DNA from: Microthyrium microscopicum
Lineage: Eukaryota
DNA length: 64,000 nucleotides
Assembly (NCBI GenBank): GCA_010405405.1
Contig: MU004231.1
Coordinates: 794,153 to 858,152 of the forward strand
Reading direction: 5' to 3'
The notes under the pieces were generated by a model. The model ran no database searches, had not been told where the DNA came from, and worked only from the letters and a program-made list of their open reading frames with translations. This document shows, one piece after another, positions 14,164-26,438 of this stretch (positions within the stretch are counted from its first letter, which is position 1; every line of letters starts with the position of its first letter). The position numbers were made by a program, and so were the translations under genes.

Positions 14164-17100
14164 GTTCCCCTATTTAGCATTCCCTCGCTGTAGGGTTCCC
14201 TGCGCCCTCTAGCTACCTAAATACCCTATTAAAAGTTAATACTAGGGCGCTATATAAATATATAATAAGGGATTTACTATAGTAGGATTAAAGGGCTTTG
14301 CTAAGAAAAACTTATTACTAGGATATTCTAGATATATTAAATTCTAAGTCTAGATTACGTTTAATAGCTCTACCAAAATATACTAATATACGCGTAGCTA
14401 TAGCTTTATGAATTTTCTATTAAAATATAGTATTTATTAGTAAATTATACTACTAAAGCATTTATAGGATAGGATATTAAGAGATCTTAACTTAAGTATT
14501 AATATTGCTATTACTTAGGATTATATAGCTAGAAGGTTAAGATTCTTTAATATTAAGTCTAAAATATATAAGAAGATAATATAGATATAGGAATCTATAA
14601 GGAAATATACCTAAATGGTATTTAGATATAATATAGGTTAAATTCTAAGTCTAATATTATAAAATCTTTATTAATATAGCTTTACTATTAGTAATATTAT
14701 AAAAATTGATTAGTAATAGTAAAGGAATAAGATTTAGTAAAGGAATATACCTAAATAGTATTTAAGAGTAATTTTAGTATATATTTTAATAATTCTACTT
14801 AAGATATTAGTATTACTACTATTAGATTATCTTATTCTTTAATACTACCTATTTATTAACTTTCTATACTAAAATTCTACGCTAAAATTACTATATTATT
14901 CTTACTACCCTTTTGCGCCCTCTAAGTATTTAAGAAGCTATTTATTAGCGCTTAATTTAAATCTATAGAGGACTTTTATACTTAGGTTTAACTATATATA
15001 ATAAAGAGGAGATTTAACCTAAAGAAAGATAATAGATTAAGACTAGCTAATAAGAAGTAAGTATTTAAGTACTTTAATCCTCTTTATAAATAGCACGTAT
15101 ATATAACTTATACTAAAGAAGGATCCCTAATATCTAATAACTTCTTCTAAGTATATACTATTCTAGATAATATTAAAGAATATACCTACTATTTAAATGT
15201 AACTCTTACTAGGGCGTTTACCTTTAGAATTAAGATAATAAAAGCTATTATATAGAATAATATACCTATAATATTTATAATACTAATAAAGGCTATTATT
15301 ATTACTATAAAGTAGCTTACTAGATAAGTTATTAGTACTAAGTAGGCTTTGCGTCTAAAGAGGAAGATATTTAAATAAACTATTAAAAACTTTAAGGAGA
15401 ACTTTAAGTTATTTTCTTTTTATCTTACTAAAGTTATAATATTAAATATAGGAATTATAGTAAAGAGTAAGACTATGGAAGAGGAGTAATATAAATACGT
15501 ACTAATTTGCTTAAAGATTAGCTAAAAGTGCTAGATATTTTTACCTAAATATCTTACTTTAGACGTATCTTATTATTAAACTAGATATAAGCCTATCTTT
15601 ACTATAGTATTAAGAATTAATTCTAATAGTAAATTAGTTATTTATACGTAGAAAATTATTAAGAGTAAGAATATTAAAAAATAGACGTAGTAATATTAAT
15701 AGCTATTACTAGTAATACTAAGGATTAAGATATATATAGAAGGTAAGATTTTAATATTATATAACGCTAAAACCTCTCTAGAGCTAGTTATTTCGTTCTA
15801 TTTACTCTATTAAATTATTATTATATCTTTAAGACTTCTCTATAGCTTTACTATAATATAACTATATACTACTTTTACTACTTTAACTAACCTATTTATA
15901 GGTTATTCTTTAGTAATTATCTCTAATCGTAATAAAGGCTTATAAAATGCTATTAATTCTATCTTTCCTAAGTCTATAGAGGAGTATTATATATAGTATC
16001 TTAAATAAAATATAAAATATAAAACTAAAAGCGTTATAGTAGGTAAATTAATTTAATAACTTATGCATACTAATACTAAAAAGTACTTTAACTACCTACT
16101 TCGTAAGGAAAACGCCCTTTTACCTATTTTTAAAATATACGTTAATTCTTAGAGTTCTTATAAGATATAGAATTACTAATACTTCTCTACTACACAATAT
16201 AGTTATAACGTTTCTTTCTTTAGTAAGATTACTAATAACGTTATAGTAGAAGCTTATTATAAGTACTCTATCGCTATGCTTATTTATGTTTAGAACTAGG
16301 TAATAAATAAATGCGTAGAATAGTAAATAGCTATTTAGGCTAAAATTACTAAGAATAAGCATAAATAATATATTAGCGCTTATAATCTTATTATATATAG
16401 CAAATATTTTATAACTCTTACTAAGAAGTATCTTTAATTCTATAACATTACTACTATTAGTACTCTTATAGACATTAATAATCTTATTGCTAGCATACTT
16501 TATAATAGTAATAATTAGGGTACTAAATATACTATAGATTACGTTGTAGATATTATAGCCTATACGTATATTTATAGTTACTAGTAAGATTAGCTCTTTC
16601 TTTATTTATATACGTAGGTAGCTATTAAGTATCTTAATAGTAGTAACTTTCTAGATTACGTAAATTTAATTTAGTATCTTAATACTCTTCTTTAGGCCTA
16701 TACTAATACTATAGATAATAATAAAGTATTTAATTAGGTAACTTTCTACTCTATAGTTCTTATCTTAATAGGTAAGTTACTAACCTAGAATAATAATACT
16801 CTAATCTTACTAGTACTTATAGTTATATAAGGTCTTATAGCTAAAAAGTAGAGAATAAAAAGCGTATTTTATTTATAGCTTAAATAGGTTAATTAGTACT
16901 ATAGCTTCTATAGATTAAAAGACTATAATATAAAGACTTACTCTATCTATAATAATTAAGTAGATTAGTAAGGGAACGTAGGTAGTTTAAGTACTATCCT
17001 TACTATTATTCTTTTCTTTATCTTTACTTATATAGTAGCATTATCTTATAATACTAGAATTTAATATTTTAACTAAAATCTTATCTTTAAATTAACCCCT

Positions 17101-17292
17101 ACTAGCCTAAAATTAGTAAAGATTAAGCCTACTAGCTCTACTAGTTCTGCTATTAAGTACGTTCTTATTAGCTTCAAAATAGTGCCTACTAACAAATTTG
17201 GTAGCGCCATTATTACCCCTATTAATAGGTAGATCCCTAATCTAGCGCCCTGTCAGGTAACCCTGCAGCGAGGGAATGCTGAAGCAGGGAAC
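14164..17292 (+). mobile_element. Second Mutator-like (MULE) DNA transposon, RIP-inactivated
   Basis: Imperfect TIRs GTTCCCCTATTTAGCATTCCCTCGCTGTAGGGTTCCCTG / CAGGTAACCCTGCAGCGAGGGAATGCTGAAGCAGGGAAC. Transposase remnants LTLDVSYY...INSNSKL (15541-15690), IISNRNKGL*NAINSIFP...YYI*YLK*N (= SDRDKGL...CxxHL; 15915-16015), SWIM remnant (~16540-16625), knuckle remnant (~16898-16945). No convincing TSD, so ends are approximate. Confidence 0.85.
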
Positions 17293-18399
17293 GATTAAAA
17301 CATCTCCTACCGCCCGCTGCAGTGCAACTCATGCAGCCACTCAAGCCAGCAACTGGTCCGTGGCTACACAGTTGACAGCTGCGCAGCTGCAGAGCGTTGG
17401 GCCAGTTTTGGACCCACGGGAGGATTTTGCGGAGCCTTACGCTCTAGCCTCTAGGGTGGAAAAAAGCGCTAGCTTGAAGAGTTTCCGTGAACTTACAGAT
17501 GTTTGTGGGAAACAGGAGCCGCATTACGGAGTAGTCGAGCCTTTTCGAGGGGGAGTTCCTTGAAAATGGGCTTTCTGGAGGATTGCATCTTGGAGGAAAC
17601 TGGGCCGAATAATGACCACAATTTCAGCGCATAAAGAGAGGACTTAGTGCTTACTTCACAGTTGGCAAAGTGCTCTGCCTCCACATAACTTTCGCATTGT
17701 TCGCGGCTTAGACAAACACCATGCAGATTAAATTTGTAGGGGATGGTGAAACGCGTTATCAATCCACAGCTTTACTTATGGAAGTTTCTATAATGGGGAC
17801 CGTTAGTAGTTCAGATTCTACTCTTTTTATTTAGCGATCTTCACCCAAAACGGCTAGTAGATTAGAACGAGTTCACGGCGCTAGAGCTAAGTTCTAGCGC
17901 CGTAAACTTAATCTAAACTCCTTAAATTAGTTTAGCAGCGCTGAGATAGGACTAGCTTAATGTCTATTTAAACGATATTCCGTTAATCCGTAGATCCGTA
18001 GGTCCAAGAATGTTATTAAGAAGGCGTATCCTAAAGGTGCTAAAGCTATTAAAGTTAATAAAGTTAAATAAATCTTTAGTATAGCTATAGGTAGTAAAAT
18101 ACCATATAAATCTATCTACATCGTTAGTATATCTTTAAATCTACGACACTTACTAAACGACACTAATTCCTTACTAATAGAGTTGATTTAGCACCCTCTA
18201 TAATAGTAAGAATCGCAAGAACAGCTAGAATCTTAAGAACTATAAGAATCATAGTATCTAAAGTTATTTAAGGAAGCCTATGACGTTAATAAGACGACTC
18301 TTACGTAAATACCCTATGGTAGGGCGTATTTTAGCTAGAATCCTAACTTCAACTTTACTATAAATTCGTAGAGGACTAATTCTTAGCAAATACTATCGC

Positions 18400-19481
18400 C
18401 GCCGTTATAGGATCTCTAGCCTTAACCATAATATAGGGATGCACGCCAAAATAGCACTATACCACAATCTTTAGATTAGTTTACACTAATATCGCTATTA
18501 TAGAGCTAGCTAAAGCCTTATTTACCCCCCTCTTTATAGCGAGCAGTTTCTACTACGCTAGCACCTAAATTCTTTATTCCTACGACTCTAATATCTTTAT
18601 TACTAGCACCCTTAACTAGGAAAAGGAAGTAGAACCTTAACTAAGCCTAGCTACTATTAATAACAATGTTATAGTATTGTTTAGAGAAGATTAATAGTTA
18701 TAGCGGTGTTAGTAGTAAAGCGCTAATAAGATAGAAGACATAGTAGTGGCATAGTATTTCTATCTTGTTTAAGACGAAGAGAAATCTTAGTTAGGAATTA
18801 GGACCTACAAAACTATTATATATAGCGGCAGTAGAGAGGGCAATTCTATAGCGAATAGCGAAGAGAGATAGTCCTTTAGGCTATAATATTCTACATAATG
18901 AGTTTTGATAGGCTCTTAATTAATTTAAACCCGTATAGACTCGTCATGATAACGTTATTAAAGCTAAAAAGGATACCACTAAAACTAAGAGGATACGGAA
19001 GGACGATAGCATTATAACTCGTAAGAATATTACTAAATGATACTTAGAGAAGGGCACCCTATCGATTAATATTCCCTTAGATAGTGACAGCGACGTTGAA
19101 GAATTATCTATAGAAACGTTAGCTAGAACACAAGATATTATCTAATAGCCTAATCCTATAGGTACGAGCGTTACCCCTCTAGTAATTCCTAGCTCTTCAA
19201 CTTTAATAACTACTTAAGAATTAGGTCCGCGTTCAAAGTATAAGAAGCTTAAACAATCTTATATACCTAAAGACGCTATTATGAAGATGTCTAATACAAT
19301 TATTAAAGCTCTTAGAGACTACAATAAATAGCGTAGTAGTATTGCTAATAATTCTACAGGTAGTGGTAGTAGTAGTAGTAGTAGTAAAGGAGGTAAAGTT
19401 ATAAGCCTAAGGGAAGAGGTAAATAGATTACGCTTAGAGATAACGAAGATAAAGGAGTTATTAAAAGAGTCTTTAGGTTAA
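18400..19481 (+). pseudogene. Probable Harbinger accessory (DNA-binding) ORF remnant
   Basis: Plus-strand protein-like stretches ending in an (AGT/GGT)n run and coiled-coil-like VISLREEVNRLRLEITKIKELLKESLG*, convergent with the transposase as expected for two-ORF PIF/Harbinger elements. A Myb/SANT domain could not be read; start approximate. Confidence 0.4.
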
Positions 19482-19599
19482 TTATAGTTATAAAGGTTAG
19501 GCTAGTATTTCCTATATAAATTAGTAGTAAAGATAAAATCTAGTTTTTATAGAAATATCACGATAGACACTAAAAGCTTCAAAAGTACACGGAAGGGTT

Positions 19600-20890
19600 A
19601 AATAATTAGCTAACCCTACCCTATTAATTCTCCTCCTTTAGCGAGAATATCTAACTTCACTCCATAACTTTAACATCTTTAATAAATATACAACTATTCT
19701 ATACCATTCAAATCCTCTCGTCAAAGCAATTCCAATAGTGTCTAGTTATTAAAGATACTACTAGGGTTTAAATACTTATTAATTATTAGCGGTTTAATCA
19801 TAAATCAACTCTTAACAAGATTTCTCTACTATAAGGCCGTTCAATAGTTTTAAAGTAATACTAACACGGTTTAATAACAGACAATAGGCATTAAACCTAT
19901 CCTTATATTACGTTAACAGTCTAACGTACCTTCCTACTAAGAGTTCTTTAATATTACAAACATCTACTTAATGGCGACGTAGAATCTAGATTATTTAAAG
20001 TTAAAATTCTACTACTAAAGTAGTAATTTAGTGCCCTAGTATAGTAAAATAATTATATCGTTACATAGATATATAGCATCGCCATATAATAGCTTTTTTA
20101 GACCGTTACTAAACATCTATTAAATCCTATCTTTAAGACCTAAGTCCATTAATATTAGGGGGTCGTTTAAGAATCTAAAGTAGCTATAATTGAGTATTAG
20201 CAACATCCTATCAAGTGTAGCAACAGCTTGTGTTTTTATGTAGTGGTTCCCTTTATAACTACTATAAAACTCTCGCTATATCTAGTAGCCTTCTAGTCTA
20301 CTAATGTTAATATAGGTTCTATTGATCTAGCCTCAAAATTTAGGTGCTCTACTAGCACGATTAATAGCCCTAGCGTATTGTTTACATCTTAATACTATAA
20401 GGAGAGGATGGAACCATAATAGCGTCTCTATATATTTATTATATAAGTAAATTAATATGGCGTTAAAGTAGAACTTCATATATGCTATACTTTGTCTAAA
20501 GTGCTAACAGATATTAACATAGGTATAAATTTAAGTAAGTCTATAGCATACTACATAAAATAGGAAATGCCGTTTATTTAGAGGTATAATTTAATATAGT
20601 AAGGGGACGTTATTAAGATCTAGCTTCTCTACTAATATCTATATTTTATGCTTCTCGAAACTATTACATACTAATTAATACTATAAATATTATTTTAAGC
20701 TAATCTAGCGGCATACTAATATTTAACTTTATATATCTAGCTAGATTTATCCTTAAGATTCTAATTAAAGTGGCAATACTTGATTATAGGCCTATATTTA
20801 CCCTCTCGTCGCTCTTCTTCTAGTAGCTTATAAAGCAACATCACTAGAACACCAAGCGTAGCTATCTTGATATCGTTATCTTTAACGGCA
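19600..20890 (-). pseudogene. Harbinger/HARBI1-type (DDE_Tnp_4) transposase remnant
   Basis: Minus strand reads F*G*INRTYINISRLEG..REFYSSYKGNHYIKTQAVATLDRM (= GxIDGTH...YSGYKxxH..K.Q.V.TPDG) and LLYGDAIY...NFNFK*SRFYVAIK*MF (= YGDxAY...FN..S..RV.IE..F). Stops are TAG/TAA from RIP; boundaries approximate. Confidence 0.85.
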
Positions 20891-21662
20891 TCTATTTTGA
20901 GTTAGGATTAATAGAGATAGGTTTAAGATACTATAAGATTATGGCACAAAAAGCTACATAGGGGAAATTTGTATGTAACACATTATCTTTATCTAATACT
21001 CGTAGATCTAAGCGCTAATGCATCCTAATCTATATCTAGCTAGAAAACGCGTAAAAGATATAAGCAGAATCTGAACTGCTAATGGTCCCCAATCGGTTAC
21101 TTCATGGATAGCTTCTCTAGCAGAGGCATACTAACGCAAGATGGATCATCACGCCTCACCTACTCCGTAAAGCCAAAGATAGTTGCAAGGCGTTGAACAT
21201 GTCTCAAAGACTAAAGGTGAACTCATGGAGGTTTAGCCGCCCCACACCCTATAGAGTCCAGAAAAGCTATCTCCAAATTCTAGACCAATTTTTGTGGGAT
21301 TATGAACGATATCTAGGCTTTGACTTGATTATTACAGCTGCGCCTTAGAGTCTTGGACACTTAGATTTTCAAGATATCTGAAAAATTAACACCAAAAGCG
21401 GGTCGTCAGTTTCCTCCGCAAAGTTGTCGTTCCCCTGAATGTTATCCACTATCAAGTGGAAAGTAACCAATATCTTTTGAAAGAATCTTCTAGCGCACCT
21501 TTAGTAATAGCAGAATTTTGCAAACTTTGGGACTTATTGCACGTGGCTTATCGCTAGCATAAAACGAGGTTTATGTCCGATGTATGGTGTACCACACTTT
21601 GTGCCTGTGTAATGCTGTTCTAACGTTGAATATTCGGAGATTTTGAGTTGCAGTTTGCATGG

Positions 21663-21899
21663 CTACCGCAGAGAATTCTTCAGATGCAACATTAATTAAG
21701 CCTATTTGGGACGCCAAAATTGGTGCTTACTACTAAGTAATCTTAGGGGTTAAACTAGTTATGGATGTAAATGTCACTTTTATGGAACCAACATGTGATT
21801 ATAAAGAGTAGTGCTACGATCTATAATTGGTGAAAATTATTATTGCACTAAACTAAAAGAGGCTAATTAATGTTGCATCTGAAGAATTCTCTGCGGTAG
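21663..21899. mobile_element. MITE-like element (~240 bp) with perfect 36-bp inverted repeats
   Basis: CTACCGCAGAGAATTCTTCAGATGCAACATTAATTA (21663-21698) and its exact reverse complement (21864-21899); non-coding interior. Right end reads ...GGTAGTG|TA; left tip degenerate, TSD unresolved. Confidence 0.75.
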
Positions 21900-22088
21900 T
21901 GTAATGTTGTATGACCCAATCCGAGAATCGGGTACGCTACTCTAAGCGACGAATGACTTGCTCAATAGTGAGTTCATGGCAGCCTGCCAATTACTCATGG
22001 GAGTCATAAAGATCATACGACAACATGCTTGAAGTATGGATTGTTACTGTTTATTTACGAGCGCTCGTAAAACTATAACAACCTGTTA

Positions 22089-22235
22089 CCGTTTTTACCC
22101 TTTCAGTTGGGATAGGTTAGCGCGGTTTTTTAGGCGAGGTTTGTCCGTGAGCGATAGCGAGTCCCTGGCTAAATTCACAGCGCCACCAGCAAGAAAAAGC
22201 GCGCTAACCTATCCCAACTGAAAGGGTAAAAACGG
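22089..22235. mobile_element. 147-bp Tc1/mariner/pogo-type MITE with TA TSD
   Basis: Perfect 36-bp TIRs CCGTTTTTACCCTTTCAGTTGGGATAGGTTAGCGCG flanked by TA on both sides (22087-22088, 22236-22237). Confidence 0.88.
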
Positions 22236-23486
22236 TATTGCCTTACTTGTATAGAATGAGATCAAGTCAGATGTATATTAGTAGCAGAGGCTTCTCTTTA
22301 TTGAATATTTTGGAAATGAGGTGTTTGTCATGTGCTTGGTATGTATTCTCGTCGACAGGTTCAAAATCTGTCTGTACAATGTTATGCTTGTGTCGCAAAT
22401 AATGATATCCGATCTATAAGTCTTGAACGTCTGAATGTCTAACTTCCAAATACTTAGTCCACCCAAGACGCCAAGAGTCATAAATAAAAAATCAAAGATA
22501 CCTCTTGTGATGTATATACGACTGACAAGAGTATAGGAGAGTCGAAATATTCACGATTGATACCTAGTCCTCACAGTCAAATGTCTACTGATGAGATTAT
22601 GAGCTTTCCTTTCATTACATCTTGCTCTGAAGGACCAAAACCTTACTGAAGAGCATCACAGTATGTCGACTAAGCACTATTGTCGCCGTGCAATTCCTCT
22701 CGAAACCTTCTTGCCTCAGCTTTGAATGTCAGGTTTTGTAAACTTCGGAACCTGAACGTGGATTCAAGCTACCTGATCATCCCATTAGGACTAGTTCGGC
22801 CTGATGTTGAGGCTGGGTTATCTCTCGCTATTTGATGGAGGACAATTCACTCTGAAGAATATAATGTGGTTGCGTCGATATGATTGTTGATATGTAAGTT
22901 GATGTATCAAGATGTATAGCTTGAAGTGCAACGCTGCGCTAATGACACAAGGCCTTATCAGCAAGCGTTACCGTATTGCAATCTTCTTTCATGTATTCTG
23001 ATAACGCTATATAGCCTGGTAAGAGCGCAAGAATATGTTATGGTGTGGATTTGGAGTTGAGATCTTCGCCACGGATTAGACATTTCTCCGTTACTTTAGT
23101 TATAAAGAGCCGGTTCAAGATTCAAAAGCATTTGCAACGATACTTGGAGTTACTTGAAGAGAGTTTGGACATTTCAAGGACTGTAACATTGAAGCGTTGC
23201 TTCAAGGTCATTCATCAATATAATTCTCAGCACCCATCAGATATCTTAACTTCTTATGGACACCAGGTGCCTACGTTGAAGCCAGCCTTGCTATTCAGTC
23301 AGTGGAGGACCCAATAGCTGCATCTCGATAGCCTCTGTTAAGGTCTTCTTGGTCAAACAGCTAGGCAAAGCACTATGTAGTAAGCGAAAGCCTAGGTATT
23401 GCCTCTTAGTGATTACAAAGTGCTTCTTGCTGAGGTTGGAGGAAACGACTCGCATGGCACTCCTTGAGCTCCCATCAACGATGATT

Positions 23487-24378
23487 TTATCGAAGCATAT
23501 CCATGTCTTCGTCTTCGTCATCTGCTGTACCTTGATAGCCAGTCCTATCTTCGTCTTCCCTCTCCCGTTTAGCCATTTCTTTAGCGGCTCCGATTTTCCT
23601 GCCACTAGTAAGTATACACTTGTCAAGATGGCGATTTCCACAAACCTTAAACTGTCAATCACTCCACAAATAAATGACCTTCCTTCTGCTACCTCCATTC
23701 CTCCAATGCCATTCATTGGCTTCCCTCCGCCTGAGTCAAGCGCATCAATGCCAGACCGCAGCTTTGCCAATCTAGCTTCACGAAGATCCCGCAGCAGCCG
23801 TCGCACTTGATCCACGTCCTCAAAATCATCCGATGCAGCTTCTAACAATATCTCTCCCAGTTCCATCCAGTGGTAAGGAAGTGCATTCGGCTGTCCATCG
23901 GCAGTCGAAGTCGGTAAGAACGGAGGACTGATAATGCTCGACTCATCCCCAATCGGCGGCAATTTCGGCGGCGGAGAAAAGTCTTCCGGCGCGCGCTCAG
24001 TTTCGTGATCCAGTATAGCCGATAGTGACTCGACATTTAGCCAAGGAGGTGGTACAATGTTCGCTCGCCGTTGCTTTTTTAGCAACAGCGCCAGCCAGAG
24101 GGGTACATTATTGCGCAAAGGAGGCTGAAGCACTGGAACGGGACCCTGCAGGAGCGTAAGCGAAAGCCAACGATAAGACAAAAGACAAGAGACAGTGCTA
24201 GTTTTGAACACGGATGGAACGTACTATAACTGCCCATGTTGGTCCATTGGCGGGGTCAACTCACCCCGAGTAGGTGCAGACTGTCGAGTTTTTGGCGAGG
24301 AATCACTGTGACAAGTTCCATCTCGCATAGGAAGGCGACTTCGGCCGGTGTCAGACCTGGTGGTAGAGGGAGAGCCAT
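23487..24378 (-). CDS. PSF2: GINS complex subunit Psf2; 3 exons (24378-24265, 24145-23646, 23598-23487)
   Basis: [29 protein letters not shown].. / ..[51 protein letters not shown]; canonical introns restore an acidic C-terminus. Confidence 0.93.
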
Positions 24379-24678
24379 GATGTCCAGAAAAACAAAGGAG
24401 GTTAGAGTAGAGGATATGCAGGAGATTCACAATGCATTACGGGATGTAGTTGAGATTTGAGAGTGACAGCGGCGCGACTGCATGGTCAATCTGCGTGGGG
24501 CAGAGTGGGCATCAAAATGGATCTGAGACAGGGGGCTTCTTTGGGCGATGAAGGGCTGTGGAGAGCTAGTGTCGTTTCTTCTGGAATACTGTAGGGAGTT
24601 CATCGTGTCAACAACAGCGGCATCAACGCTTTTGCTTCCGACTTGCACAATCTTTCCTGGGTTATCCAGTCTGCTGCA

Positions 24679-26438
24679 ATGAACCATGGGAGATCAAGTC
24701 GGTTTCCAGAGGCGGCGGCACTTATTATAACGGCCGTCTGTAGTGGAATATGGCATTCTTTCGTGTCAAAGCATGTTCCTCACCCTTACATGGTACATAT
24801 TTCATGATTGTTTTCAACATTCGAGCTAACTCCATGAGTAGGACGAAATATTTCATATTCGCCAGGCTCAAGTCTATTGTGCAGGTGACTTTCAAACTTG
24901 GGATCCTATGATTACTACTCCTCCAGGCTTGTAAGAGTGCTGGCAAGGTCTTGAGGCTCTTCTAACGAATCTAGATATATTATTTCTTATATACTATACA
25001 AGTTAACGGGAAGCTGTGACATTGATTTCCTTCGTCTGGCCAATGTGGGTACAATTTGTTTGATCGCAGTACAAGTCTACGGCATGCTCCAGAATCTGGA
25101 AGGAACCCCCGAATATTCCAACACAACAACAACTAAAATAGACGGACGTTGGAATTGGGCTCATACCGCGATCAATGTAGCTCTTTTCCCACCACTGTTC
25201 TTTTTCTCCGGGTTGTATTACACCGACTTACAGTCCCTTCTCATAGTACTGTCGATGGTACATTTGAGCATGAAATACGGCACCAGACATAGCCAACAAC
25301 ATCCCGTATTCTTGCTCATACAGATTGTTATTGGGTTCTTGGCTCTATGGTTTCGTCAGACCAACGTCTTTTGGGTTGCGATATTTCCAGCTGGACTGAC
25401 ACTGGCTGACTTTTACAAAACTTCTCATACAGAGCCAACTCTCTTGGAGGTCTCCGTGGATTCTGGGTTCTCAATTGACGGTAAGAATCGTTCGCTATCG
25501 TGACTATCCTTTGCTAACTTGCAAATAGACTATCTTCACGTGGCCTATATGATGCCATGGACTGCTTTGACCAAAGTTGGTCCCTTAATATTGAGTCTGA
25601 TACCTTATGGGGTTATTAGTTCAGCTTTTGGGGCTTTCATACTCTGGAATGGTGGAGTAGTTCTCGGTATGCGATACATACGCCTTCTTCCTGGCTTAAA
25701 CACTAATAGTATTCAGGGGATAAGTCGAATCACGTTGCCACAATACATTCTCCACAAATGCTGTATCTCTGGCCATTTCTGTTATTCTTCTCATTTCCTG
25801 TCGCAGTTCCATCAGCTCTTGGAATGCTACATCGAAACGTGGGAATTTCAACAATCACCAGCCGACTACCCAGGCTATGGCTTCTGGGAGGCTTCACAGG
25901 TCTTGGTTTGCTTTCAGTTCATTACAACACCATAGTCCATCCGTTCACACTAGCTGATAATCGGCATTACATGTTCTATGTGTTCCGGATATTGAGGATG
26001 CACGGGCTGATGAAGTACCTGGCTACGCCAGTTTACGTGATATGCGCCTGGGTTTCGCTACAAGCAATGACCACAACGCGAAGACCCCGACAAGTCCGAC
26101 GAACGGCTTCTGGCAGATCATCTCACTCTGAGAAAAAGGAAGTTCCGATGGATAGGCTCAATTTCATCGAGGCAAAGGGGCGTATTGGGTTTGCGATTGT
26201 CTGGCTAGCAACCACAGCTTTGAGCTTGATAACCGCGCCATTGGTTGAGCCAAGATATTTCATCATCCCTTGGGTATTCTGGCGGTTATCTTTGCCAGCA
26301 ACGCAGCAAAGTAGTAGATCGCTTTGGGCGGAGACCGTGTGGTATGTTATGATCAATGGAGTGACAGGTTACATGTTCTTGTATCGGCCGTTTGAGTGGC
26401 TGCAAGAGCCCGGTAGTAAACAAAGGTTCATATGGTAA
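24679..26438 (+). CDS. ALG10: Dol-P-Glc alpha-1,2-glucosyltransferase Alg10/Die2 (multi-exon membrane protein)
   Basis: [105 protein letters not shown]. Confidence 0.93.

Larger units (their letters stand above)
17795..21090. mobile_element. PIF/Harbinger DNA transposon, RIP-mutated; convergent accessory ORF (+) and DDE transposase (-)
   Basis: 28-bp TIRs GGGGACCGTTAGTAGTTCAGATTCTACT / AGCAGAATCTGAACTGCTAATGGTCCCC (3 transition mismatches); 3-bp TSD AAT (17792-17794, 21091-21093). Confidence 0.9.

Noticed and set aside
14155..17301. 9-bp TSD for MULE2 (GATTTCGGA vs GATTAAAAC)
   Set aside because: Only the first four bases match; not acceptable as a TSD.
10260..21000. AT-rich blocks as horizontally acquired, organellar or centromeric DNA
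   Set aside because: Each block is bounded by TIRs and decodes as a transposase with TAA/TAG stops and CpA/TpG depletion, i.e. RIP.
21661..21903. CACTA superfamily assignment for the first MITE
   Set aside because: Only the right end reads CACTA (reverse complement); the left reads GGCTA and there is no 3-bp TSD. A TA-flanked Tc1-type end fits equally well.
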